Positions 12,569 to 24,424 of a stretch of DNA of 51,892 nucleotides are shown piece after piece. Position 1 is the first letter of the stretch, and each line of letters starts with the position of its first letter. The notes beneath the pieces are model-generated. The model did no database searches. It saw only the letters and a program-made list of their open reading frames with translations, and was not told the origin of the DNA. Source of the DNA: Chiloscyllium plagiosum. Its lineage: Eukaryota. The stretch covers positions 3,390,331-3,442,222 of the forward strand of contig NC_057760.1 in the NCBI RefSeq assembly GCF_004010195.1. The letters run 5' to 3'. Made by a program: the position numbers and the translations under genes.

Positions 12569-12682
12569 CTTCCACAGAATGAAGATGATGAGAGCCAGCA
12601 GCAGAAGCCCTCCGAGTGTGCTGCCAATGATAATCCACAGAGACACAGCGATCACCACTGGCTTGATCAGCTCTACGATCAC
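12569..12682 (-). CDS. ITGA10: ITGA10 transmembrane exon
   Basis: ag|...|gtagat, 114 nt, phase 0/0. VIVELIKPVVIAVSLWIIIGSTLGGLLLLALIIFILWK. Confidence 0.95.
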
Positions 12683-12748
12683 CTAGACAACAAATCAGAC
12701 ACATCAGCAGGCAAGCAATCAGCTCCATTCTACACTACCTGACTCCAA

Positions 12749-13895
12749 CTGGGAGGGTTCAATGGGGAGACAGTGTAGAGGAAGCTTTACTCTGTATCCA
12801 ACCCTGTGCTGTCCCTGTCCTGGGAATGTTTGATGGGGACAGTGTAGAGGGAGCTTTACTCTGTATCCAACCCTGTGCTGTCTCTGTCCTGGGAGGGTTT
12901 GATGGGGGGATAGTATAGAGAAAGCTTTACTCTGTATCCAACCCCATGCTGTCCCTGTCCTGGGAGAGTTTGATGGGAGAGTGTACAGGAATCTTTACTC
13001 TGTATCTAACCCCGTGCTGTCCCTGTCCTGGGAGTGTTTGATGGAGGACAGTGTAGAGGGAGCTTTACTCTGTATCTAACCCCGCGCTGTCCCTGTTCTG
13101 GGTGTGTTTGAGGGGGGAACAGTGTAGAGGGAGCTTTACTCTGTATCTAACCCCATGCTGTCCCTGTCCCTGGGAGTGTTTGATGGAGGACAGTGTAGNN
13201 TGTTTGATGGGGACAGTGTAGAGGGAGCTTTACTCTGTATCCAACCCCGTGCTGTCTCTGTCCTGGGAGGGTTTGATGGGGGGACAGTATAGAGAGAGCT
13301 TTACTCTGTATCCAACCCCATGCTGTCCCTGTCCTGGGAGAGTTTGATGGGAGAGTGTACAGGAATCTTTACTCTGTATCTAACCCCGTGCTGTCCCTGT
13401 CCTGGGAGTGTTTGATGGAGGACAGTGTAGAGGGAGCTTTACTCTGTATCTAACCCCGTGCTGTCCCTGTTCTGGGTGTGTTTGAGGGGGGAACAGTGTA
13501 GAGGGAGCTTTACTCTGCCTCTAACCCCATGCAGTCACTGTCCTGAGAGTGTTTGATGGGATAGTGTAGAGGGAGCTTTACTCTGTAACTAACCCCATGC
13601 TGTCCCTGTCCTGGGAGTGTTTGTTGGGTACAGTGTAGAGGGAGCTTTACTCTGTCTCTAACCTCGTGCTTTCCCTGTCCTGGGATGGTTTGATAAGGGA
13701 CAGTGTAGAGGGAGCTTTACTTTGTATCTAACCCCGTGCTGTCCCTGTCCTGGGATTGTTTGATGGAGGACAGTGTAGAGGGAGCTTTACTCTGTATCTA
13801 ACCCCGTGCTGTCCCTGTTCTGGGTGTGTTTGAGGGGGGAACAGTGTAGAGGGAGCTTTACTCTGCCTCTAACCCCATGCAGTCACTGTCCTGAG
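12749..13895. repeat. ~69-bp minisatellite, ~16 copies, with an nn gap at 13199-13200
   Basis: Unit gggagtgtttgatggggacagtgtagagggagctttactctgtatctaaccccgtgctgtccctgtcct. Confidence 0.95.
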
Positions 13896-14087
13896 ACAGG
13901 TATGCAATCTGTCCAAATCCCACACCAAAGCTAAGTGAAACTTGGTATCAGAATGCACACAGCTCCACTTCCTCTCTCTCCAGTTTACCGAGGTCTTGTT
14001 ACCTATCTTAACAAACCGGTTTAGCTGTCAGAATGTAATTCACTCCCCTTTTCATTCCCAGTTTAGTTTACAGGAAATCCTCCTTAC

Positions 14088-14183
14088 CTCTCGATAGCGA
14101 GCTGACTCTGCAATTGTCAGAACCTGAGAAGTTTGTACATCCAGAGTTAGCGTAGTGACAATTTTCAATGATCTGAATTTTAC
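14088..14183 (-). CDS. ITGA10: ITGA10 calf-2 exon
   Basis: ttccag|...|gtaagg, 96 nt. VKFRSLKIVTTLTLDVQTSQVLTIAESARYRE (human recalled as AKFKSLTVVSTFEL...LQLTEASRW). Confidence 0.92.
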
Positions 14184-14544
14184 CTGGAAGCAGAGAATTT
14201 GAAAGTGTCAGCATGTGCTCTCAGCCAACGTGGTAATTAGCAGCTAACAGTAGTGAGGAGGGTCATGGACAGAATTTACAGGAAAACTGCTGCAAAGTGG
14301 AAGAAGAAAATATAAGTGTTTCAGTCTTGTTGAAATGGAAAGGCTCTCATGAGGCTTCACTGGTGATAATGTCATAATGCAGCCCTGCAGTTCCATTGGT
14401 CAATAATCTGGGTGATGACGTACCTGTACATGGACCCAGGGTTGGAGCGGTATTGAGCTGAGCTGTGTCAAGCTGTTCCCACATAGATCTATTGCTGACA
14501 GCATTTCCACACAGAGTAATGAAATCGTGTTGATGTAAGTGAAC

Positions 14545-14656
14545 AAGTGTGTGTGTGAGTTAGTGAGAGTGAGTGAGTCAGTGACTCAGTGTGAGTGAAC
14601 GAGTGATGTGTGTGTAACTGTGTGTTGGGGTGTGTATGTGAGTCTGTGTGTGTGAG
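14545..14656. repeat. Degenerate (TG/TGAG)n microsatellite
   Basis: Visible gtgtgt/gagtgagt run. Confidence 0.8.
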
Positions 14657-14691
14657 TTGGGGAGGGAAGTTAAAAAGAACCACAAACTTAC

Positions 14692-14805
14692 TGTCCTGAA
14701 GAATTTGCCATACAGCATGTAGCCAACGTGAATTACCACCTCCTCACTCCTGTCTACAGTATTCATACGGCAGGTGAAAATGCTGCACCAGGAATTACTG
14801 CAGTC
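14692..14805 (-). CDS. ITGA10: ITGA10 calf-2 exon
   Basis: caacag|...|gtaagt, 114 nt. DCSNSWCSIFTCRMNTVDRSEEVVIHVGYMLYGKFFRT. Confidence 0.9.
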
Positions 14806-14914
14806 CTGTTGGTGTGAACACAGAGATAAAATCATCTTCACTGATGATGATTCTATTTTTTAAAGTTCACTGAATTTCCGCTGTATCCTCAGACCTCCCA
14901 AGGTAACATGGCAT

Positions 14915-15188
14915 CACGCCACAGTTGTAACTGTACCTGGATCCACAACTTCTCTGGTAATTTGTTCCACATATGAACCACCCTCTGTGAAAAACATTGC
15001 CTCTCATGTCCCTTTTAAATCTTTTTCCTCTTCCATTACAAATATGCCGTCTTGTTCCAGCCTATTGAGGCTATCTTTCCAACTCAAACCTTCCATTCCC
15101 AGCAACACCCTGGTCAATCTCTTCTGAACCCTCTCCAATTTAATACTATCCTGTCTATAGCAGGGCAACCAGAACTGTATACAATACT
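14915..15188 (-). mobile_element. CR1 fragment hosting the Gypsy insertion (resumes at 24369-24390)
   Basis: agaactgtatacaatact joined to ccaaaagtggcctcaccaatgt rebuilds the CR1 motif seen intact near 51555-51600. Confidence 0.8.
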
Positions 15189-15966
15189 TGTTACAACACG
15201 GCAGTAAACCCTTCTGCTAATTAAACCAAACACACAACAGAGCTCACCTCGCCTCATAATCTGTTAAAGTATGAGTGACAGAGAACTCCCCAAATTCCAC
15301 TATTTAAAGAAATAAAAATCAATTTTATTCTTTAACTCTAAAAGTGAACATTAAACAACAACGTTTACAACTCTAAGCTTTCTTTCTCTTTGAAGTTTGT
15401 TATCTACCTCCAATGCTCTAACAATATACTGTTCCAATAAAATCCCCTATTAAAATTACATCACCTTAATTTTCAAAACCACCTAGCAGCTGTCATTGTC
15501 AGTGTCTGCCTTTCAGCTACAGATCTCCCTGGGTCGTCTTCGGTCTTTTGCCGCAAAGATGTTTCATATGTAAAAGGTACCATTCACAGAGTGTGTTTGG
15601 CCTTTACTCTGACCACGGCAGTTGGTTGCTTTCTCTGGCTAACTCTCAAAATGTCTGCTTCTTTCATACCCCAAACGTCGGATTGTCTCATTGGTTCGAT
15701 GTTGTCAAAAAAGAGTAAAATTCAAATTTGATTGGCTTTAGTATCCTGGGGCATAATTTAATCTGATTAGTTAAATTGGAATTGTTGTGAAAACATAGCA
15801 ACCAAAAGTCAGGTATTTGTTTCATCGCCAAATGTTACGTATTTTCAATTTTCTGGTATACTCTGAGACTGCTAGTCAGTCACATGACAGGTGCCTGCAA
15901 GCTCTCAGTGCCAAACAGCTTTCACTCTCTCTTAAAGGTACAGTATACACCTTCAACTTCATAACA
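15189..15966 (-). repeat. 3' LTR (778 bp)
   Basis: Reads TGTTATGAAG...TTGTAACA on minus, preceded by the polypurine tract; its ends match 23359-23450 and 24289-24364. Confidence 0.9.
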
Positions 15967-15977
15967 TCTCCCCCCTC
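15967..15977 (-). promoter_or_regulatory. Polypurine tract
   Basis: GAGGGGGGAGA immediately 5' of the 3' LTR on minus. Confidence 0.85.
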
Positions 15978-16089
15978 AAGAAAAAGCAAACCATCATAAT
16001 GAAAAGATGGCTTCATTTTTTTCTACTTCTTAACCCCATTACAATGAAATACATTGGTATCTGTTCAATTTTATCTATACTTGATCCGT

Positions 16090-16690
16090 TAAATCTGTGA
16101 TAACGCATCTGCTATCATACTCTTATGACCTGGAACATGTAAGATTTGTAAATTAAAAGTCTGTAACATAAGACTCCACTGCAAGCCTTATATCTTTGTC
16201 TTTAAATTGTTCCGAGGATTGTGATCCGTGTACACAACTGCCTCCGACACATCGTTCATGATATAAACATTAAAATGTCGTAAGGCCAATACCAAACTCA
16301 ATAATTCCTTTTCAATGGTAGAGTATTTTCTCTGGTGGGTGTTAAGTTTCTTTGAAAAGTAACTAACTGCCAGTTCAATTCCATCATCACCTTCCTGTAG
16401 CAGTACAGCTCCAGCTCCTATGTAGTTAGCATCAATTGCAACTTTGAAGGGTTTCAAAACGTTTGGTGTAGCTAAAACTGGTGCAGTGATTAATGCTGCG
16501 TTTAAATTATCAAATGCCTCCTGGCATTGTTTTGTCCACCAAAACTTTGTGTTCTTCATCAGCAAATCGGTTAGCGGTGGGAACAAACCTCCGGTAGAAT
16601 CTGCTTAGTCCCAAAACGTGTAGCACCTCTTTTTTAGAGGTTGGTCGAGGAAATTCCTCGATGGCCTTCGTGTTTGCATTCCTTGTTGTC
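16090..16690 (-). pseudogene. Gypsy RNase H remnant (last pol domain)
   Basis: KPFKVAIDANYIGAGAVLLQ...YFSKKLNTHQRKYSTIEKELLSLV...VYTDHNP...ADALS. Confidence 0.9.
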
Positions 16691-17403
16691 TGTTATGAAA
16701 ATGTGGGTGTACTGTACCTTTAAGAAAGTTATTAGCTAGTAGAACTACCTGACAGCATCAAGTGTTCTGAAAACAAAAATATAATGTAACATTTGGTCGA
16801 ACAACTCGATTAGCTGGTTACCTGGAGACAAAATCAAATTCGAATTCAACCAATCAATTTAAATTATACCCAAAAATACCAGCCTCCAATCAAGTTTGAA
16901 TTGAGTATATTGATAATCTTAAAAGCCAATGACACAATTTGATGCTTTGGGGATATAAAACCAGGGAAAATTGAAGAGTTAGAAGGAGAACTGCCAAGTC
17001 ATCCGCATGAAGACTGCCTGAAAAATAGCTCTTTTAAAAGTACCTTTATCGATCAGTAAGCTGTGAAGCAGAATCCCCAAGAAGAGGGAAAAAAACGACA
17101 GGAATACAGAGAAGAACTGAAAACTGCCTGGGTTCTGAGATAAGAAGTTTTATTTTATAAATCTTAATCAGAATTTTTATTGGACTAGTATTATAGAGGG
17201 GAAAATAAAAGATAGGTTAGAGGAAGGAGTTGTAAATAGTTGTTAATTAATTATTCTCAGTTATTTGTTAAGAAATAAAGTTGTTAATTTTTACTTTAAG
17301 TAGTTCTTGGCCTCTTGAATTTTTACAGAATTACTGCACGGGATAAATCTTTTCTGTGTTGCTGGTTTAAATTGAACAGGAGGGTTTACCCTGTGTCATA
17401 ACA
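16691..17403 (+). mobile_element. Solo LTR of a related Gypsy family, in opposite orientation
   Basis: TGTTATGAAA..tactgtacctttaaga ... gggtttacc..CATAACA. Termini resemble the host LTR; it interrupts the RT-RH junction. Confidence 0.85.
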
Positions 17404-18133
17404 GGATCAACCTTCCATGACCAGTGTTATGTCCCAAGAATGTCACCTCTGCTTTCGCAAATTTTGTTTTCTTTAAGTTTATTAGCAGTTTTGCTTAATC
17501 GTTCAAAGAGCTCTGCCAACTTGTACCATGTGATCTTTCCAGGACTCACTAAAGATCACTACATCATCCAGATAGACTGCACAGTTTATTAACCCAGCCA
17601 CAACTCTGTTCATGAGTCTTTGGAATGTGGCGGGTACGTTCTTCATTCCAAAGGTCATCACTTTGAATTGATGTAGTCCATTTGGGGTTACAAACACAGA
17701 AATTTCATTTTTTTTCTCTGATAAAAGTACCTGCCAATAACCATGCAGTAAGTCCAACTTTGTAATGTAACTGGCTTGTCCAACTTTCTCTATACAGTCC
17801 TCTAATCTTGGTATTGGTTATGAGTCTGATTTTGTCATGGTGTTGACCTTCCGATAATCCACACAAAATCGTTGAGTCCTGTCAAGGTTTGGGAACTGAC
17901 ACAATCGGCGAACTCCACTCGCTCTGACTCGATTCGATGATATCTTCGTTGAGCATCACATCCACTTCCTTCTGGACTTGTGTGGCTTCGAAATGATTAA
18001 GTCTGTAGGGGTGTTGTTTTATTGGAACAGCATTTCCTTCTTCTACCTCATGCACAATAGCATTAGCCCTCCCCATCGTATTCCTGCATATGTGCTCAAA
18101 CTGCTGCAATAAACCTTTCATCTGCGTTCTTTG
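17404..18133 (-). pseudogene. Gypsy reverse transcriptase remnant
   Basis: PIKQHPYRL...SEWSSPIVSVPKP; DLLHGYWQV...FGMKNVPATFQRLM...YLDDVVIFS. Confidence 0.92.
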
Positions 18134-18147
18134 TCCTGAGACAGATA

Positions 18148-20092
18148 TTGAGGCCAAAGAGTGTGGTGCTGGAAAAGCACAGCCAGTCAGACAGCATCCG
18201 AGGAGCAGGAGAATCAACTTTTCAGGCATAAGCCCTTTATCAGGAATGAGGCTTGTGGGTCGAGGGGGGGAGCTGAGAGATAAATGGGAGGGGAATGGGG
18301 CTGCGGGGAAGGCAGCTGGGAAAGCAATAGGTAGATGAAGGTGGGAAGTGAAGGTGATAGGTCAGAGAGGAGGTTGGAGCAGATAGGTGTGAAGAAAGAT
18401 GGACAGGCAGGACCATTCAAGAGGGTGGTGCTGAGATGGAACGTTGGGGGAATGGGGAAATGGAGAAACTTGTGAAATTCACATTGATTACATATGGTTG
18501 GAGGGTCCCAAGGTGGAAGATGGGGCGTTCTTCCTCCAGGAATCAGGTGGTTAGGGTTTGGCGATGGAGGAGGCCCATGACTTGCATGTTCTTGGAGGAG
18601 TGGGAGGGGGGTTAAAGTGTTCAGCCACGGAATGGTGTGGTTGGTTGGTGTGGGTGTCCCAGAGATGCTCTCTGAAACGATCTGCAAGTTGGCGTCCTGT
18701 CTCCCCAATGTAGAGGAGATCACAATGAGAGCAATGGACACAATAGATGACGTGTTTGGAAGTACAGGTAAATCTCTATCAGATGTAGAAGGATCCTTTA
18801 GGGCCTTGGATGAAGGTGAGGGGGGAGATGTGGGCACAGGATTTGAATGTCCTGTGGTGGCAGGGGAAGACGCCTGGAGGGGAGGGTGTGTTGCTGTTGG
18901 GGGTGGAACGTGGATCTGACGAAGGAGTCGTGGAGGAGATGGTCTCTCTGAAATGAAGATGGGGTGGGGAGGGAAGTATATCCCTAGTGGTGGGGTCTGT
19001 TTGTAGGTGGTAGAAATGTCGGAGGATAATGCGATGTATCTGGAGGTTGGTGGTTGGAATGTGAGGACCAGAGGGGTTTGGTCCTTGTTGCAGTTGGAGG
19101 GGTGGGGTTTGAGGGCAGGGGTGTGGAAAGTGGAGGAGATGCACTGGACAGCATCGTCGACCATGTGGTAGGCAAAATTGCAGTCTTTAAAGAGGAGGCC
19201 ATCTGGTATGTTCTGTGGTGGAATTGGTCCTCCTGGGAGCAGATGTGGTAGAGGCAGAGGAATTGGGAATAAGGGATAGCATTTTTACTGGAAGTAGGGT
19301 GGGAGATCGTTTAATCCAGACAGCTGTGGGAGTCGGTGGGTTTGTAGTAAATGTCCGTGTTGAGTCGGTTGCAAGAAATAGAGATGACGAGGTCCAGGAA
19401 GGGGAGGAAGGTGTCTAAGATGGTCCAGTGAACTTGATGTCAGGGTGGAAGGTGTTTGTGAAGTTGATGAACTGTTCAAATTCCTCATGGGAGCACAAGG
19501 TGGCGCCAATACATCATCAATATAGCAGAGGAAGAGGTGGGGAGTGGTGCCGGTGTAAATACGGAAGATGGACTGTTCTATGTACCCAATGAAGAGACAG
19601 GCATAGCTGGGGTCCATACGGGTGCCCATGGCTACCCCTTTGGTCTGGAGGAAGTGGGAGGATTGAGAGGAGGAATTATTGAGGGTGTGGACCAGTTCAG
19701 CACCTTTGTTGTGGTGGATCGATGTGTATAGGGGCTGGATGTTCATGGGAAAGATAAGGCATTGGAGGCCAGGGAAACAAATGGCATGGAGGAGGTTGAG
19801 GGTGTGCGTGGTATCCCGAACATAGATGGGGAGTTCCTGGACTAAGGGGGACAGAATGGTGTCAAGGTATGTGGAGATAAGTTTGGTGCAGGCAGGGGCC
19901 AAGACGATGGGTTGACTGGGCCAGTTAGGGTTGTGGATTTTGGGTAGGAGGTAGAATCGGGCAATATGGGATTCATTGACAATGGGGTTGGAGGCTCTGG
20001 ATAAGATTGTGGATGGTCTGGGATATGGTGGTTTGGTGGTGGGAGGTGAGGTCGTGATTGAGTGGGCAGCAGGAGGAGGTGTCCTCACTTTC
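18148..20092 (-). mobile_element. Penelope-like element (RT + GIY-YIG, Neptune-like), 5'-truncated
   Basis: ARFYLLPKIHNP, QTKGVAMGTRM.PSYACLF, YIDDV; endonuclease TCTSKHVIYCVHCSHCDLLYIGETGRQL. 14-bp TSD tcctgagacagata (18134-18147 / 20093-20106). Confidence 0.92.
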
Positions 20093-20249
20093 TCCTGAGA
20101 CAGATAGTTTACTAACCCTATCCCACACCTCAAGGTCTTCCTCACTGTTTAATGTACTTTGAGGCCCATCAAACTCCATAACATCTAGATTTGACTTGGG
20201 GGCAGTAACTAACACTTGTTTCTCCAGTTCCTTCTCTCTGTTATAATAA

Positions 20250-21390
20250 AGTCACAACAAATTCACATGACATACCCGATACGGTTTTTTCCTATCCGGC
20301 ATCTTTATCAGACAGTTTACCTGACTTAAGTTTTTCTCAACTGGATAGGGACCACTAAACCTGGCTTTGAAGGGATCTCCTACCATTGGTAACAATACTA
20401 ATGCATCATCCCCATGGGAAAATGTCAAAGTCTCAGAGATTTTATCTGCCACCTGCTTCACTCTATGCTGTGTCCTCTTCAGGTGCTGTTTAGTTAATCT
20501 CTCCCTCACCTCCAATACATAATCCAAGTGTGAGATCTCCAACTTTCTCTTTAATTAATTTCAAAGGGCCTCTCACTTCATGTCCGAATATTAACTCAAA
20601 GCGAGTAAACCGAGAAGATTAGTTTGGGGAATCTCTAATGGCAAACAATACGAATGGGATACCTTTATCCCAATCACTCAGGTAACCCTGACAGTATGTT
20701 CTTCAGGGTCTGATGCCACCTTTCCAAAGCTCCCTGGGATTCAGGATGATACACACTGGATTTAAAGTCAAGTATCCCTAAGCTATCCATCACTTCCTTA
20801 AACAGCCTAGCAGTAAAATTCGCCCCTTGGGCTGACTGAATCTCTCTGGGTAGCCCATACCGCATGAAGAAAGCTAGTAACGTCTCTGCCAATCTTTTTG
20901 CCTTGATACTCCGTAATGGAATTGCCTGCACAAATCTGATAGACACATCCATTATGGTTAGCAAGTACTGGTTCCCACTTTTAGTTCTCGGGAGGGGATC
21001 TACACAGTCAATTATAACCCATGTGAAAGGTACTTCGAATGCGGAAATTAGCAACAAAGGTGCTGGTTTTTATTACCACCTGTGGCTTACTTACCATTTG
21101 GCATGTATGACATATACAGCAAAAGGTAACCACATCCTCGTGCATTCCAGACCTTTGTACCTTAGCCTGAGTCTCTTGTACTCCTAGGTGACCTCCTATA
21201 GGTAGTTCATGTGCTACCCATAACACTTCCTGCCTGTATACTACTGGCAACGCAATCTGGTGTACATCCGTCCATTTCTCCTCTGCACTAACCTGCCGTG
21301 GTCTCCATTTCCATCTTAGGATTCTGTCTTTCAGATAATAACCCTCATGAATATCCTCTGCCTCCTTTTCGGAGGTACGCATCCACATAT
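20250..21390 (-). pseudogene. Gypsy integrase remnant, upstream of RT
   Basis: HHCC finger AHELPIGGHLG...CHTCQ; core IIDCVDPLPRTKSGNQYLLTIMD...ESQGALERWH; GPY/F motif ARFSGPYPVEK. Confidence 0.92.
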
Positions 21391-21499
21391 ATACCTTTTA
21401 TTGTGTTGTCTTGCTGTTGCAAGTCCCTTAGCCTTTCAGGACTAAACACTTCTGCCTGACCCTCTGCCTGTTCAGGTTTTTCCTGCACCATTACATCAA

Positions 21500-23200
21500 A
21501 CCGAATGTCCGCTAACTTGAACCTCAACTCCTTCATCTTTCTCTTTAGTTTTTGCTTCGTGCTGTGATTTACGATAGTGGGATCTCGTTACTACACAGTC
21601 TGGGAAAATACCAGGGTATTTTTCTTTTAACTGCTTCGTTCCTTGATCTTCCTTGGGCTTCTGCACAACAAGGGACGTCACTCCCACCTTGGATCCTGCT
21701 AAATCGGTCCCAAGAACAAACTGGATTCCTAGAACTGACACTCTGTCAATCACTCCCACTATTACTTCCCCAATCTTGAGTTGGCACTCCAACCTGATCT
21801 TACACGGGGAATGCTAAATATCTGTTTGCCTATCCCAAATTACCACTGTCTCGGGTAACAGGTTAGAGTGCAAATATGTTCTATTTGAGACTGGTTAGAT
21901 CCTGTAACCCTTCTCCCCCTGTTCCTTCTGAGTAAACTTTACCCACAGAGGTGAATCCTTTGTACAGATCAGGTACTAACTTCATACCCAGCCCCTGCCT
22001 CGGCTGTGCACTCTCCTGCAGCTCCTCGGCTCCTCTTGGGATTTCCTTTAGTACCTTCACTAATGCCACTGGCTGATCTTCTTCTACCACATCTTTTCCC
22101 AGAGTGCCTTTCTTTAACGGCCAGCACTGTGACTTCACATATCCCACTTTACCACAGTGGAAACACCTCCTTCCCACCCTCTTGGGCTTCTTTTTTAACC
22201 TGTGGGAAACAATTCCTAGTGTTCTCTACTCTTTGTTTTGTAGTGTAGGGTCTCCCCTTCTCCCAATTTCTATTCTTGCCAGAAGCTGACCTTTCCTTTA
22301 TGCACCACTGTATTTTCACCTGCCTTCTCTGCTGCTCTTCTCACTTCCTGAACTTTCTATTCATCCACATGAATTCGTACCATCTCTGGAAGTGAGTTTT
22401 TCAACACCTCCAGCAGAATAAACTCTCTGGAGGTCTTATCTGTTTTTACCCATCTATCAAAATGACTACGTTTAGTACTTTCGAACCCAACATAAGTCTG
22501 ACTTGGTTCCTTATTTATGTTTCAGAACCGCTGAATAGATGCTTCTGGTACCAATTCATAAGCACTTAAAATAGCCTGTTTAACCTCTTTATAATCTCTT
22601 GCCCCCTCATCTGACAGCGCGGCAAATGCCTCACTAGCTTTGCCTACCAGTTTAGTCTGAACCAGCATTACCCGAAAGTCCTCTGACCACTCCATCTGCC
22701 GAGCCAGTTTTTCAAATGAAATAAAGAAGGCTTCGACATCTTTCTCATCAAATGTGGCATTATTTTAACATATTTGTGTAAATCACTACCTTCTCTCTTC
22801 ATCTCCATCCTATTAACGACTTTGCTGACTAAGTTGCAACTTCTGAAGTTCAAATTCTCTCTCTTTCTCTCTCCCTTTCCTTTCCTCTCTCTCTCTCTCT
22901 CTTTATCTTCTAACTCCATTTTCTTCAATTATAATTTAAGTTTTTCTAACACTACTGCACTTGTCTGTTTCTCTGACAGAGCTAAGTGTTTGAGTAACTC
23001 CCTTACAATTTCAGCTTTCTTTTTATCCTCGGTTAAGCCCAATTCTAACCTCTTTGCTAATTCTAAAAGTATGGCCTTTTTCTGTCCTTCTAAAATTTCT
23101 TGGCAAATTTCAAAACCATCTTCAAACCCCAGAATCCCTTTAGCAATCTTAATTTCTCTCAATTTTAATTTAACCAACCACAAGTAACCAACATTAAACA
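21500..23200 (-). pseudogene. Gypsy gag (SCAN-like capsid + CCHC knuckle) and protease remnants
   Basis: DVEAFFISFEKLA...LVGKASEAFAAL...VKQAILSAYELVPEA; RRCFHCGKVGYVKSQC; protease end GIQFVLGTDLAG. Confidence 0.85.
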
Positions 23201-23345
23201 AATTGCCTCACCTATGTTTTATTTAAAGATCTAGGACACTAATCAACAAGTGTATAAATCAGCTGGGATCTGTCGTACCCTAAATCTATTCAAATCTGTG
23301 TAAATCTCAGACTGATTCTGTCTAAACCTGTCCAAATCACAGACC

Positions 23346-23355
23346 CGAGCCCCCA
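23346..23355 (-). promoter_or_regulatory. Primer-binding site, tRNA-Pro type
   Basis: TGGGGGCTCG starts 3 nt after the 5' LTR and is complementary to the tRNA-Pro 3' end. Confidence 0.8.
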
Positions 23356-23358
23356 GAC

Positions 23359-24364
23359 TGTTACAACATGGCAGTGAACCCTTCTGCTAATTAAACGGAA
23401 CACCCAGAAAAGCTCACCTCGCCTCATGATCTGTTAAAGTATGAGTAACATACACTTTCCAAAATTGCTAACACCTCCTCCTTGTGAACCTCACTCCCAT
23501 TCTCCTCGACAACATTGTCTTTTTCCTGTGTGAATACTGATGAAAAATATTCATTTAGCGCCTCTCCTATCTCCTCAGACTCCATGCACATCTTCCCACT
23601 ACTGTCCTTGACTGGCTCTAATCTTACTCCATTTTCTGGATTAGTAGTGCTGGAAAAGCACAGCAGTTCAGGCAGCATCCGAGGAGCTGTAACATCTTAC
23701 TCCAGTCATTCTTTTATTCCTGACATACCTATAGAAAATTTTGGGGTTTTCCTTGATCCTACCTGGCAAAGACCTCTCATGTCCCTCCTGGCTCCTCTTA
23801 GCCCTCTCTTTTGGTCCTTCCTGGCTAACCTGTAACACTCAAGTGCCCTAACTGAGCCTTCACATCTCATCTTTACGTAAACCTCCTTCTTCCTCTTGAC
23901 AAGAGATTCAACATCTTTAGTAAACCACGGTTCCCTCGCTCGAACACTACTTCCCTGCCTGACAGGTACATACTTATCAAGGACACGCAGTCGCTGTTCC
24001 TTGAATAAGCTCCATATTTTAATTGTGCCCATCCCTTGCAGTTTCCTTCCCCATCCTATGCATCCTAAATCTTGCCTCATCACCTCATAATTGCCTTACC
24101 CCCAGCTTCAACTCTTGCCATGCAGTATGTATCTATCTCTTTCCATTGCTAAAGTAAACGTAGCCAAATTGTGGTCACTATCATCAAAGTGCTCACCTAC
24201 CCCCAAATCTAACACCTGGCCGGGTTCATTACCCAGTACCAAACCCAATGTGGCTTCAAGTCTTGTTGGCCTGTCCATACTGTGCCATGTGCCTGTAGGC
24301 TCTCAGTGCAAAACAGTCTTCACTCCCCCTTCAAGGGGCAGTACACGCCTTCAACTTCATAACA
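23359..24364 (-). repeat. 5' LTR with its centre replaced by a CR1 fragment
   Basis: 23359-23450 matches 15189-15280 (10 mismatches in 92); 24289-24364 matches 15891-15966. Confidence 0.85.
23451..24288 (-). mobile_element. Internal CR1 ORF2 fragment containing a short Penelope-end insertion (23632-23693)
   Basis: WSLFKEQ..VLDKYVPVRQG..REPWFTKDVESLVKRKK; EEIGEALNEYFSSVFTQE. The insert is flanked by atcttactcca (23621-23631 / 23694-23704). Confidence 0.85.
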
Positions 24365-24424
24365 TACTCCAAAAGTGGCCTCACCAATGTCTCTCTCTCT
24401 CCCTCTCTATCTACTCCCCCCCAG

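Larger units (their letters stand above)
15189..24364 (-). mobile_element. Gmr1-like Ty3/Gypsy LTR retrotransposon, degenerate, with nested insertions
   Basis: TG..CA LTRs, TACT duplication (15185-15188 / 24365-24368), PBS, PPT, and gag-PR-IN-RT-RH remnants in that order on minus. Confidence 0.92.

Noticed and set aside
12749..13895. CRISPR-like array
   Set aside because: Head-to-tail units with no unique spacers, in a eukaryotic intron.
18213..18246. Hammerhead at the 3' end of the long Penelope
   Set aside because: Core mutated (CTGATAA, GAAAAGTT); presumed inactive.
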